From IMG/VR virus record IMGVR_UViG_3300033153_009093, positions 116,375-180,374 of that record: DNA of 64,000 nt; one strand, written 5' to 3'. Positions 9,574 through 20,174 of the stretch are shown here, piece by piece (position 1 is the first letter of the stretch; every line of letters starts with the position of its first letter). The notes under the pieces are model-generated. The model was not told where the DNA came from. It saw only the letters and a program-made list of their open reading frames with translations, and did not search any database. A program made the translations under genes and the position numbers. This DNA comes from a virus.

Positions 9574-12039
9574 TTAATCACATCTTGAATATCCACAGGA
9601 TATACATTTTATACAGCCGCCTTCATCTAATAATATTTCCTTACAATTGGGACAGTTATTACTATTATTAGAATATACATTTTCATTTATATATACCTTT
9701 AATACCCTTGAAACTACAGCTACAAAATCACTAACAAAATTACTAGATTTTTTAAGTTGTTTTATAATGAATTCATGATATACTCCATGTCTCAATGATA
9801 ATGAAATCATCCTTGTTAATGCTTTATATTCATCATTCATGAATAATTCAGTTATTTCATTATATTCAATATATGAGTTTCTAAATGGAATTTTTAAAGT
9901 ATAATTCCCATGATTTTTTATTATTATTCCTTTTTTAACATTTTGCGAAATATTAAAAAATTCATTTTTCTTCCCGGCAAATATTTCATATGGAGCATCG
10001 TTTAATATTCCTATAAGAACTATCCACTTTTCTCCAGCCACTGAACAGTGATGTATTTTACAACTTAATTCCTTTGGCCTCTTCGGTGCGCATTGATAAG
10101 TGATACTATCAGGTCTATATAATTTATCAATGCAACTTTTTACTTTTTTCTTATCATATTTTAATTTATGCTCTATTGGATTTTCAAAAATCAAGATACC
10201 TTCTCTTGAACCTTCACGATACACTGACAACGCTTTTAAGCCTTTATTAAAGGCATCGGAGTATATATCCCCTATTTTTTGAAAATCAAAATCAAAGGGC
10301 AAATTATACGTTACAGAGATGGCGGCATCAACCCATCTTTGAACCTTGCTCATTAATTCTACCTTTTTAAAGGGGTCAATTTCATGAGCAGGTGATAATA
10401 AATCAGTATCGATATATTTATTTACAATATTAATTATTTTTTCACCAATTTTACCATCTGTATCTAACTCTGATCCGCTAAAATTATTAATTAAATTATA
10501 ATCAAATACATCACATTTCCCTATTTCTTTCATTTTGCTTAATACTATTTTTTTAATAACACTTGGTAAAACAAAATAGTAATCATATTCATTTTTAGAA
10601 ACTGCTCTTGTTTTTCTCCAATAAGCAAACCCTATAGTTGGTTCTATGCCAGATGATAGGCAATCATTCGGAAATGTCATTGAAATTGAACCAGTGGGGG
10701 CTACTGATAATAAAGCTCCATTTCTAATTCCAGTATTGTAAAATAAATCTTTTAAATCACTAAACTCGTTAAATAAATTTTTTAAAAATTTAGTTTCTTT
10801 TAATGTTCCTGTTTCTTTTCCACGTATCCAAGCAGAACATGGCCCTCTTTCGATGGCTAATTCGCAAGAAGCTTTAAATGCATAATATTGATAATATTTA
10901 AAAAATAAATCAACTGCCATAATAGCTTCATCTGAATCATATTTAATATTATTATTATAAAACCACATATGAAGGTTTGTTACACCTAATCCAATTTCTC
11001 TTAAATCTTTAACAATTTTTAATTGTTCTGGTAATGGAGATTTATAATCATTGTCAATTTCAAATTGAATTACATTATCCATAAACCTAACCAATGAATA
11101 AGTTTTCTCTTTCATAAAATCATGAAAATTATTAGTATCAATAAAAGGCACTTCTTCCATATTTAAAGATGCCAATGCACATACTCCATAATTAGGTAAA
11201 GGTTTTTCAGAACAAGCATTTGTTCCTATAATTTCATAACCTAACGCTTCTTGAATAGAGCCGTCTTTCATCCTATCAATGAATTGTATACCCGGTTCAG
11301 CATGATCATACGATTGCTTACATAATAAATTAAATATATAAGATGCATCTACAAATTTTGAAATCTTATGATCTTTTAAATCGAAATATAATTCCCATTT
11401 TTCATTATTATGAACTGCCTTCATAAAATTATCTGATATTTGCACAGATATATTCATATTTTTTAAAGTATCTAAATCACTTTTAGCTGTAATAAAATCA
11501 ATTACATCAGGATGAGAATCTTTAATAGCACTAAGAATGGCCGGTCTTCTACCTTTCTGACCGACCTCATCCGCAATAGAATCAAAAGATTTCATCCAAT
11601 TAATAACACCTTCTGATACTTCAGAACTATTATTAACCGCAGTTCCTTTAGGTCTTAATTTTGAAAATTCTATACCAAGGCCTTGTCTATATGCCGCCAT
11701 TTTAGCACATTCATATCTAGCTTTATAAATAGCTTCTAAAGTATCATCACCTATAACTACACTAGTACAATTAAATAAACTGATTTTTTTAGATTTATTA
11801 TTAATACCGGATATAATAGAACCACCGGGCCGCCAAATGCCTTTTAATAAATCCTCTTTCCAGTTATTTTTCCATGAAGTTTCTTCAGTTTCAATTGAAA
11901 CTGAAGAAACTTCAGTCGCAATATTATCAAAACATTGTCTAACTGTTTGGGTTTTATTTTTTAAATACTTAGATTTAAAAATATCTATTCTCATTTGATC
12001 ATTATTAAAATAATCATTTATAGCTGTATTATCTTTCAT
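9574..12039 (-). CDS. nrdJ: Class II (adenosylcobalamin-dependent) ribonucleotide reductase with C-terminal TSCPD/Zn-ribbon
   Basis: PGGSII, LFNC, TNACSEKPL, VAPTGSIS; C-terminal CPNC..GGC.KC..CGYSRC; no nrdB nearby. Confidence 0.9.
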   Translation of the reverse strand: MKDNTAINDYFNNDQMRIDIFKSKYLKNKTQTVRQCFDNIATEVSSVSIETEETSWKNNWKEDLLKGIWRPGGSIISGINNKSKKISLFNCTSVVIGDDTLEAIYKARYECAKMAAYRQGLGIEFSKLRPKGTAVNNSSEVSEGVINWMKSFDSIADEVGQKGRRPAILSAIKDSHPDVIDFITAKSDLDTLKNMNISVQISDNFMKAVHNNEKWELYFDLKDHKISKFVDASYIFNLLCKQSYDHAEPGIQFIDRMKDGSIQEALGYEIIGTNACSEKPLPNYGVCALASLNMEEVPFIDTNNFHDFMKEKTYSLVRFMDNVIQFEIDNDYKSPLPEQLKIVKDLREIGLGVTNLHMWFYNNNIKYDSDEAIMAVDLFFKYYQYYAFKASCELAIERGPCSAWIRGKETGTLKETKFLKNLFNEFSDLKDLFYNTGIRNGALLSVAPTGSISMTFPNDCLSSGIEPTIGFAYWRKTRAVSKNEYDYYFVLPSVIKKIVLSKMKEIGKCDVFDYNLINNFSGSELDTDGKIGEKIINIVNKYIDTDLLSPAHEIDPFKKVELMSKVQRWVDAAISVTYNLPFDFDFQKIGDIYSDAFNKGLKALSVYREGSREGILIFENPIEHKLKYDKKKVKSCIDKLYRPDSITYQCAPKRPKELSCKIHHCSVAGEKWIVLIGILNDAPYEIFAGKKNEFFNISQNVKKGIIIKNHGNYTLKIPFRNSYIEYNEITELFMNDEYKALTRMISLSLRHGVYHEFIIKQLKKSSNFVSDFVAVVSRVLKVYINENVYSNNSNNCPNCKEILLDEGGCIKCISCGYSRCD

Positions 12040-12042
12040 AAA

Positions 12043-12654
12043 TTAAATACCAAAAAATTTATCAACATCTTCATATAACTGCAATAACCCATTATTCTTA
12101 TTAATAAATTTATATTTAAATCTTATTTTATCCAATTCAATTTCTGATACATGTTCGTCCCATTTTTTTGTTGTAGGATTTTCTATCTTGGCGCATGTAG
12201 ATTCTTTTTGATTATTAACGTAAGTAAATTCATTAATAAATCTTATATCATCTACTATATAAGATTTGTCTAAATGATAAGCGTTTCTAAAACAAGTAAC
12301 CCAATGATAAGAGTTTCTAACTCTAAAAATATCTGTTCCTATATATTGTAATAAATATCTATAAATATCGCAAATTTTACAATATTCTATAGCTTTAATG
12401 CTGTCTATATTTTCAATTGTTAATTTATCATACTTAAATTTTTTTAATTCCCTTTTTAAAGGGTCAAGATTTAATACCTTCCCAGTATAAAAATTGTTAT
12501 TAGTTTTATCAATATCGGTTAATCCTGAGATATTATATACTAGCCTTTTCAATGGTGTAGCAAAAGAATAAATTGGTATATTTAATCGTCTTGATAAATA
12601 TTTTGATATCTCAGTTTTTCCTGATCTCTTTTTTCCCGCTAATCCTATAATCAT
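12043..12654 (-). CDS. Deoxynucleoside monophosphate kinase
   Basis: IIGLAGKKRSGKT, SFATPLK, LQYIGTD, DDIRF.NE, HVSE. Confidence 0.9.
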   Translation of the reverse strand: MIIGLAGKKRSGKTEISKYLSRRLNIPIYSFATPLKRLVYNISGLTDIDKTNNNFYTGKVLNLDPLKRELKKFKYDKLTIENIDSIKAIEYCKICDIYRYLLQYIGTDIFRVRNSYHWVTCFRNAYHLDKSYIVDDIRFINEFTYVNNQKESTCAKIENPTTKKWDEHVSEIELDKIRFKYKFINKNNGLLQLYEDVDKFFGI

Positions 12655-12698
12655 ACTTTATCCTATAATTATATTTAATTTTTCTTTTTTCAATAATA

Positions 12699-13169
12699 TT
12701 ATTTTAAACCAGTACTGCCTATACCACCACCTCTATCGTTTCCTAATTCTTTTAATTGTTTAACAGAATGAGCAACAATATATTTAACTGGTATTACTCT
12801 GTCAATAATTGCTTGTGCTACTCTATCGCCCTTTTTAAAACTAACAACTTCACCGCCAAGATTATACCACATGACAAAGATTTCTCGACCCCTATAATCG
12901 GAGTCAATTATACCTGTTGTATTTTTAAAAATTAGCTCAGTTTTAGCCGAAAGGCCTGATCTAGGATATATCTTCATACAATAACCATCAGGTATTGATA
13001 TAAATAATCCCGTTTTAATCATTTTATTTTCAAATGGAGTTATTGTAAAATCTTCCGAACACCTAATATCTACAGCGGCAGAATTAATAGTTGCGTAATT
13101 CATGTCTTGTATATCATCGCCATTGTCATTTTTTTCTGACCAAAAATGTACTTCTACAGTTTCTTGCAT
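12699..13169 (-). CDS. dut: dUTPase (trimeric)
   Basis: AAVDI, PRSGL, GIIDSDYRG, GDRVAQ, RGGGIGSTG. Confidence 0.95.
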   Translation of the reverse strand: MQETVEVHFWSEKNDNGDDIQDMNYATINSAAVDIRCSEDFTITPFENKMIKTGLFISIPDGYCMKIYPRSGLSAKTELIFKNTTGIIDSDYRGREIFVMWYNLGGEVVSFKKGDRVAQAIIDRVIPVKYIVAHSVKQLKELGNDRGGGIGSTGLK

Positions 13170-13277
13170 AATATTTTTTTGTTAATATTTATAGTAAATT
13201 TCTAATAATATATTGGTAAGTGTCCCAATCAATAATATTATTTAAAGTTAATTTAATTAGTATTTTTTCTGACACCT

Positions 13278-14252
13278 TCATTTTTCTACCTTTTCAAATA
13301 AAAAGCATTTGACATTATCGTAATCATTTTTATAAATACCATAATATTGTACAATGTTATTAACTTTTTCAGTATATAAATCTTGTATAATATAATCTCT
13401 TATTTGTTTTATAGATTTAGGTATAGCAGAAGGCTTTCTTTTCTTAAAATCTATATCATTTTTTATTCGATATTCTATATCTTTTAATGAGATGTCATCG
13501 ATATGATATAAATAATTTCCTATTTTCACTGTTTCGTAAACTTTACTTTTTATTTTATGACCTAAAGCTGATACAACTTTATATTTACAACATCTTAATT
13601 TAGCATTATCGTAATCATAAGGAACGGATACTACATCAGCAGGATTTATTTTAACTTGTATTAAAATTCCTTCATCTGATCCATAAAAATTTTTAGCATA
13701 TGAATATGACGCTGCATGAAGTCCAACAGAACAAGTAACTTTTCTATCCGAACAAACTTCAGCTCTGTCCATTTCGACAATTGAACCGACCGAATTATTA
13801 AAAGTGTTTGTTGCAAAATCTTTAAAATTAGAAGTAACTTTTTTATAAGCTATAAAATGTCCATCGACTGTTAAGGGATATTTATTATGTTCTAAAAATA
13901 AATATAATTCGGAAATAGAATCTTCTGATTTATTATTTATTAAATTATTCCAAAAATTTAATAAATTATCAAAGGGTAATCCGTTATTATGAAAATCTAC
14001 AATTTTATTAGAAATATAATCGCTTACTTTCCGACCATATGAATATACTGAACCATTTAATATACAAAATTTATCATTACTTTCGGCTTCAATAAAATCC
14101 TTTACATCTACAAGCTTTCTAATCTTTTTAAAATCGCCATCTTTTATTAATTTTAAAATCTTATCATATAATGCAGTTTTTTTATTTACATCAAAAACTT
14201 CGTCTTCGTATGATATTACAATGCCATTTTTTAATATATGGTAATTAAACAT
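13278..14252 (-). CDS. rIIB: rIIB-like protein (start reassigned to ATG 14252, overlapping the rIIA stop)
   Basis: LYLFLEH..PLTVDG.FIAYKKV, CSVGLHAAS..Y, VKINPADVVSVPYDY..KLRCCKY. Confidence 0.9.
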   Translation of the reverse strand: MFNYHILKNGIVISYEDEVFDVNKKTALYDKILKLIKDGDFKKIRKLVDVKDFIEAESNDKFCILNGSVYSYGRKVSDYISNKIVDFHNNGLPFDNLLNFWNNLINNKSEDSISELYLFLEHNKYPLTVDGHFIAYKKVTSNFKDFATNTFNNSVGSIVEMDRAEVCSDRKVTCSVGLHAASYSYAKNFYGSDEGILIQVKINPADVVSVPYDYDNAKLRCCKYKVVSALGHKIKSKVYETVKIGNYLYHIDDISLKDIEYRIKNDIDFKKRKPSAIPKSIKQIRDYIIQDLYTEKVNNIVQYYGIYKNDYDNVKCFLFEKVEK

Positions 14253-16389
14253 TTTCTTTTTTCGCCTCATTATAGATATTAATATAATCAACAAAATTAT
14301 ATATTTCATCATCGCTATTAGTATAATACTTTATATAATCTAATAAAGGATATTTTATGAAAAATATATCAATTCCTTTACTAAACTTTTTTATTTTTCT
14401 TTTTATAAAATTTTGTTTGATCTCTACTTCGTTTATTTTTTTTCTACTAATTCGTCTAAATAATCTAAAAAAATTATACATATGAGCGTTATAATCTAAA
14501 ATATTTTTATCATTTATTTTAAGATAATAAGAATCATAATCTAAAATAAATTTTTTAAATTTATTATCTTCTATCAATTCAAAATATTCTTTTAGATTAT
14601 ATATTTTTTTCAATCTATTAACATAATCGATATCATTAGACCTACATCCTACATTATTATTACAATAATAATAAAAATTTATTTGATTAATATTATCAAT
14701 CAAATGCTGTTGAAATAAATTAGTTAAATCTTCTAATGAAAGTATCTCTTTTCCATCTAAAATTTCCGGTTGATATTTATTATACTTTAAAATAATTATA
14801 GTATCTTCTGTTAAATAGTTATATATATTTGTTAATTCTACATAATTACCTATATCATCTTTCCTGCCTTTATATAAAATATAATGAGTGTAATTATTTT
14901 GTAAATCTATTTGATTACAATACTTTAATTCTACCTTTTTAGAATAGCTTTGATACTCATAATAATAGTTACTACGATTTGATACCGTTGTAGTTTTCGC
15001 AAACATGTCAGAGTAACTATAAACATTTTCTAAAGTACTCAGGGATTTAAATAATTGTAATATTTCTTTAGTTTTTCTACGTTTTGTATCTATTGATGCC
15101 GTAATAATAGTAACATTTTCTATATTATTACTATTGCAAAATTGTTTTATCTTTGATTTATTTATTATTTTGGTAAATTTATCATTAATGATTATAACAT
15201 CTACCATCAGTGGTTTAGATATATACATGCTATTGGAATAATTAATAGCATTCAAACGATTATGTATTCTATTAATTTTATATTGCGTTAAAATATATCC
15301 ATAATCTCTTAAATCGATATAAAAATTAGTATTAGAATAGTAAATAGAAAAGAAATTATTTGAAATTTGGAATTTAGTTAAAAAATAAAAAAGTTCTAAA
15401 TCTTTTTCTTTAATTATATTATATAAATCTTTAATATATTCTACATCTGAAATGTCAATACTTTTTGAAATTTTTTTACATATAATATCTATTTTGGAAT
15501 TTAAAACATCATGCGTATTATTATCATTAAATATAGCTTCTCTATTAATAACTGGAAATAATTCCCCGGTATTAAAAAATAAATATACCGCCATTCTATA
15601 TTTTGTATTTATTTTATTATGAGGTATATAGTTATTAACACTATCATATATTATACCATCTATAACTATAATAACATCATTATTATCTTCTTTTAAATAA
15701 CCCTCATATCTTGAAGTATCTACAATAGCGGCAGACTTATTTTGAATATACTTAATTGTATAATCTTCAAATGAAAATGTATTATTATTATCAATAATAT
15801 TAGGTCTTACTTTCCAAAAGAAAGAAGTTCTAAAAACACATTTAGCAGCTTTTGATAAATCTTTAGAATTGATATTAACTTTTATTATAGTACCATTACA
15901 TTTATCAACTTCTTTCTTTGATAACAAATCCAATTTACCTATATTATTATCAAGATATGCAATATATTTATATTCTATTTTATTATATACAGTCGTTATA
16001 TTAAAAGAATCGGTATAACTCCATGCAGTTTTAGCACCTATACCAAATCCTCCGGTTTCATTATTATTAGTTGATTTAGTGCTATTGCCAAGTTTAACAA
16101 ATACTTTAGCAATTCTGTCAGAAGAAAGACCTATGCCATAATCTATAAACCGAATATATGGATCAATAGGTGTAGGTAATATGACATCTATAGGAATTTC
16201 CGATTTTAATGCTTCTCTATGGGAATCCCTTGCATTGCTCATATACTCTTGTATTAGTATTTTTAATGGGTTCTTATAAAGTTTAGTGGAAAGTATATCA
16301 AATATAATTGCTTCATTTTCAATACCAAATTTCATAGTATCAACACAATCGGATTTTTTTACTTTGAACGAATCGTAATCAATCTTCAT
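14245..16389 (-). CDS. rIIA: rIIA-like protein (N-terminal HATPase)
   Basis: LYKNPL..IQEYMSNARDSH, DYGIGLS, STK..N.TGGFGIGAK; adjacent to rIIB. Confidence 0.9.
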   Translation of the reverse strand: MKIDYDSFKVKKSDCVDTMKFGIENEAIIFDILSTKLYKNPLKILIQEYMSNARDSHREALKSEIPIDVILPTPIDPYIRFIDYGIGLSSDRIAKVFVKLGNSTKSTNNNETGGFGIGAKTAWSYTDSFNITTVYNKIEYKYIAYLDNNIGKLDLLSKKEVDKCNGTIIKVNINSKDLSKAAKCVFRTSFFWKVRPNIIDNNNTFSFEDYTIKYIQNKSAAIVDTSRYEGYLKEDNNDVIIVIDGIIYDSVNNYIPHNKINTKYRMAVYLFFNTGELFPVINREAIFNDNNTHDVLNSKIDIICKKISKSIDISDVEYIKDLYNIIKEKDLELFYFLTKFQISNNFFSIYYSNTNFYIDLRDYGYILTQYKINRIHNRLNAINYSNSMYISKPLMVDVIIINDKFTKIINKSKIKQFCNSNNIENVTIITASIDTKRRKTKEILQLFKSLSTLENVYSYSDMFAKTTTVSNRSNYYYEYQSYSKKVELKYCNQIDLQNNYTHYILYKGRKDDIGNYVELTNIYNYLTEDTIIILKYNKYQPEILDGKEILSLEDLTNLFQQHLIDNINQINFYYYCNNNVGCRSNDIDYVNRLKKIYNLKEYFELIEDNKFKKFILDYDSYYLKINDKNILDYNAHMYNFFRLFRRISRKKINEVEIKQNFIKRKIKKFSKGIDIFFIKYPLLDYIKYYTNSDDEIYNFVDYINIYNEAKKENV

Positions 16390-16439
16390 AATTTTTTATT
16401 ATTAGTTTAATTTTATTTAAAAAAGTATAAGTTATATAA

Positions 16440-16468
16440 ATTATAACACATTATGAAGATAAAATCAA
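16440..16468 (-). promoter_or_regulatory. Sigma70-type promoter upstream of rIIA
   Basis: TTGATT-N17-TATAAT with extended TG. Confidence 0.7.
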
Positions 16469-16476
16469 CACAAATA

Positions 16477-17712
16477 TTATGTCAATGTTTCAAGAATATA
16501 ATTTTTAAAATTATCAACAATTTGTTTTTTAACTGTAATATTCCATTCATTACAACAGCACGGAGCATAATCTTTATATCTCATATCATAGTCTTCAGAT
16601 TCATGTAACGATTTTTGAAAATCGCAAATATCGTCCGCCTTCTTTACATGAATAAAACAAGGAGAAGTTGGACAATCGGATTTTATGTTTAAAGATTTTG
16701 TATATTTATAATATTTAGTTCTGCATTCATATGGAAATGGGCCGTATAACCCAATAGCAGGCTTTTCAATACCTTCACGAAAATGAAATAGTGCAGTATC
16801 AACACTAATACAAAGAGTAGCATCATATGCATCAAGAAAAAATTCATCAAGATTTTTAGCTGCTATAATTTTAATTCTGTCATCTTTTAAATTATTAATA
16901 TAATTTATATCTTCGATTCTTAAATTCAATTCATGGATATATATATTTACATCCTTATTATTAATACATTCAATTACGGATTCATAAATATCCTGAAATC
17001 TCATAGACCTAATTATAGCAGTAGATCTAGGATTAATTAAAATACTAGGTTTATCAGAATCTATATTAGATTTATTATTATTTATTCTTGCTGTTTTTAA
17101 TTGAGGTCTTCCCCATTCAAAGTCAAACTCATCAATCCCGATAGTTTTATATTGTAATTCATACCAATTATCTTTACTATTTTCAATAACACCTTCATAA
17201 TAAATAGTCTTATACCTACTATTTACTCGTTTTTTTTCTAAAGAGTTATTACTTTTATATCTTACAATTGGCGAAAAATAAGATATAAATGTCACTGGTT
17301 CTCGATACCATTTAAACACGCTTCTATATTTTTCTTGAGAAATGAATTTTAAATTTTTAGATTTCTTATTTAAAAATTGTACTATATTCATTGAAATAGA
17401 AGATAAAGCGATTAAATCGCCTATGCCTCCGGTTCTTAATATAATAGGAAATACCATTTTATTTTCTTTTGTAAAATCTAATTTATCTATAACATCGTCA
17501 ATATTTTTTTCATATTTAACAATTTTATTATAAATATTTTTTACTTGAGATGCTATCATATGTCTATCAGAAGTTCTAATAACTTCTATTAACCTTTCTT
17601 TAAATGTTAACCATATAGTATCAGCGAATAAATACATATGTTTAGGTTGTATTTTTATATCATTATCATTAATATTGATAGAAATACTTTTTTTAAATTC
17701 AACAATTTTCAT
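16477..17712 (-). CDS. Glycosyltransferase family 9 (heptosyltransferase-like)
   Basis: RTGGIGDLI and ISVDTALFH..GIEKPAIGLYGP match the GT9 GIGD / I.VDTG..H.A..L..P...L.GP motifs. Confidence 0.8.
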   Translation of the reverse strand: MKIVEFKKSISININDNDIKIQPKHMYLFADTIWLTFKERLIEVIRTSDRHMIASQVKNIYNKIVKYEKNIDDVIDKLDFTKENKMVFPIILRTGGIGDLIALSSISMNIVQFLNKKSKNLKFISQEKYRSVFKWYREPVTFISYFSPIVRYKSNNSLEKKRVNSRYKTIYYEGVIENSKDNWYELQYKTIGIDEFDFEWGRPQLKTARINNNKSNIDSDKPSILINPRSTAIIRSMRFQDIYESVIECINNKDVNIYIHELNLRIEDINYINNLKDDRIKIIAAKNLDEFFLDAYDATLCISVDTALFHFREGIEKPAIGLYGPFPYECRTKYYKYTKSLNIKSDCPTSPCFIHVKKADDICDFQKSLHESEDYDMRYKDYAPCCCNEWNITVKKQIVDNFKNYILETLT

Positions 17713-18649
17713 TAATATTACACCTTATATTATTTATTTTTTTTAATAGATAATTATAATTATCTATTATATTTTTTTCATTAACAATATTTAATGATAT
17801 ATTATCATCAAAATTATTAATATATAACTTCATTATTTTTAATAGTTCTGTTATATTAAATTGCTTACAATTATAACAAGCATCTTCTATACAGTTTATA
17901 TCATCAAAATTTATATTGAAGTATTTTATAAAATACTTCAATAAATTATTATACAAATGACATTCAGTACCAGTTTTATATTTAATGATATACTTTTTCA
18001 TATTATCTATATCATCAAAATTAATAAAATTATTTAATGATTTTGACATTTTTTCTTTTTCATTGCTTCCATAAATAACATTATTAGAAATATTAATTTT
18101 TATATTTTTTATATTTAATTTTTTATAAATATCTTTCATAATGTTAATATTTGATTTTTGATCATTTGCTAAAAAAACAGTTGTTATTTCATTATCATTA
18201 TGATATAATAATACATCAAAAGTTTGTAAAACTGGATATAATAAAAATCCCAAAGATTTATTCTTACTATTTTTAAATGTAGGATTTTTTAATAATTTTG
18301 ATGTATTTATTAACGGAAGATATTTATATGTTAAAGAAGTATGATAATTATTAATGTTTTTATTATTTTGAAATATAAATAATAATTTATTAATATTATT
18401 ATCAATGTTTTTATTATTATATATTAAATATGTTTTATATAATGAATAAATCTTTTTTGCTAGTAAAATAGAATTATTATTTATTTTATTAGCTGAAATA
18501 TTAGATAATTCTGAATGAGTTTCAGCTAGTAAAATAAATATTTTATTAACATTTTTAAACATTATATTATCAAACATATTTAAAATTGTCATAACATGTC
18601 CAATATGTAAATTATTTCCCGTTGATCTAATTCCAAAATATATATTCAT
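17699..18649 (-). CDS. trpS: Tryptophanyl-tRNA synthetase (divergent, Thermotoga-type-like)
   Basis: GIRSTG..LHIGH (HIGH), GFLLYPVLQTFDVLLY, NDQK....KDIYKKLN, KMSKS; C-x22-C-x4-C-x2-C near the C-terminus. Confidence 0.8.
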   Translation of the reverse strand: MNIYFGIRSTGNNLHIGHVMTILNMFDNIMFKNVNKIFILLAETHSELSNISANKINNNSILLAKKIYSLYKTYLIYNNKNIDNNINKLLFIFQNNKNINNYHTSLTYKYLPLINTSKLLKNPTFKNSKNKSLGFLLYPVLQTFDVLLYHNDNEITTVFLANDQKSNINIMKDIYKKLNIKNIKINISNNVIYGSNEKEKMSKSLNNFINFDDIDNMKKYIIKYKTGTECHLYNNLLKYFIKYFNINFDDINCIEDACYNCKQFNITELLKIMKLYINNFDDNISLNIVNEKNIIDNYNYLLKKINNIRCNINENC

Positions 18650-18670
18650 AAATTATTCCCTTTTAAAATA

Positions 18671-18718
18671 TATTTATATATATCATATTTTTTTAAAAAA
18701 ATATGATATATATAAATA
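18671..18718. repeat. Perfect 48-bp palindrome in the divergent intergenic region
   Basis: TATTTATATATATCATATTTTTTT followed directly by its reverse complement. Confidence 0.95.
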
Positions 18719-18759
18719 AATATAAGAAATAGAATTAATATTAACCAATAAAAAAATTT

Positions 18760-19116
18760 ATGAATTTCATTAATTATTTTGATAATATATCAGAATTTAA
18801 ATATAAAAAAGATATTATAAAAGAAATCAATATGATATATCATATTGATTTATCAGATAAAGATTATAAAAATAATATTAATAATTTATTAAAGAAGGAA
18901 ATTATTGATAAATCTTCTAAAAAAGGAAAATGTGGCTACATATCTGTTTCATTTTTAAAAAGTAAAAATTTTTCGGATGGAGCATTGTATTTTAATTCAT
19001 TAAAAAACAAAAAACACAATGCTCAGGATTTTAATAAAAAACATGATATAGAAGTTATAATACCTTTTAATAAAAACGATTGTATTATAGAATTAAATTT
19101 AATGGATGAATTATAA
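18760..19116 (+). CDS. Hypothetical protein
   Basis: 118-aa ORF abutting the next gene. Confidence 0.6.
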   Translation: MNFINYFDNISEFKYKKDIIKEINMIYHIDLSDKDYKNNINNLLKKEIIDKSSKKGKCGYISVSFLKSKNFSDGALYFNSLKNKKHNAQDFNKKHDIEVIIPFNKNDCIIELNLMDEL

Positions 19117-20166
19117 ATGTGTAAATTTATTACTAATTTAAATTATAAAAAAAATTTTAATAATAAGAAGTATGATTATATTCTTATTGATATAAACAGT
19201 TTGACTTTAGTGCCTTATCTTAATAGTGAAAAATATTTTTCAAAAGATAACATTAACATTACTCCTTTTATTGAAACTATAAAGTTATATGCTAATTATA
19301 AAAAATATTTTCCGAAAGCAAAATTTATATTTGCTATTGACGGGGGTATATCTCCTACAATTTTAAAAGTTTACCCTGATTATAAAAAAAATAGAAATTC
19401 AAAAAAATATACATCAAAACATTATAATTCAACAATTTGTAAAAATATATATGATTACAATGTAGGATTATTAATAGCTTTATTTGATAAATTGCAAGAG
19501 TTTTTTATTTATGATATTAGAAGAAATGAAGCTGATTTTATTATTGGCTATATAGCCAATAAATTATCAAAAAATAATAAATGTTTGATATTATCTCATG
19601 ATAAAGATTTATTATTTGCATATAATAAAAACAATAATATTGATATAATTTATAAATATATCAATATGAAATATAATAAAGTTTTATATTATTATGTTGA
19701 TTCATTTGAATGTTTATTACATATAATAGATTTCAGATATTTAAAAAATGAAATAGAATTGCTCTATTACCGGTCTTTAGTTGGCGATACAAGTGATAGT
19801 ATTAAAAAACCTTTCGGTTTAAAATCAAAAAAAATTGTTAATAATATGTTTGAAAATTGTTATTTAGAAAATATCAATGTTACTTATGAATATATTATTG
19901 GATATTTTTCAGAAAAATTTAATAATAAAAAAGTATTAGATAATTTTATTGTTGATTTTCGAAGAAATTTATTGATAATGAATATTTTCAATGAAAATAT
20001 TATATTGCAAAATGATAAAATAAAATTGAATGCATATATTGATGATGTAAAATATAAAAACAATGAAAAAATTGAAATTAATTCAATACATAGTTTATTT
20101 TCTAAATATGGATTGTATTTAGAAAAAGATAATATTAATAAAATGTTTAAATATTTAAAAGGTTAA
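19117..20166 (+). CDS. 5'-3' exonuclease / RNase H (FEN1/T4 Rnh-like), paralog 1, TAG-free
   Basis: LIDIN, FAIDG, YKKNR, NEADF, SHDKD, LVGDTSD. Confidence 0.85.
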   Translation: MCKFITNLNYKKNFNNKKYDYILIDINSLTLVPYLNSEKYFSKDNINITPFIETIKLYANYKKYFPKAKFIFAIDGGISPTILKVYPDYKKNRNSKKYTSKHYNSTICKNIYDYNVGLLIALFDKLQEFFIYDIRRNEADFIIGYIANKLSKNNKCLILSHDKDLLFAYNKNNNIDIIYKYINMKYNKVLYYYVDSFECLLHIIDFRYLKNEIELLYYRSLVGDTSDSIKKPFGLKSKKIVNNMFENCYLENINVTYEYIIGYFSEKFNNKKVLDNFIVDFRRNLLIMNIFNENIILQNDKIKLNAYIDDVKYKNNEKIEINSIHSLFSKYGLYLEKDNINKMFKYLKG

Positions 20167-20174
20167 TAGCTACA

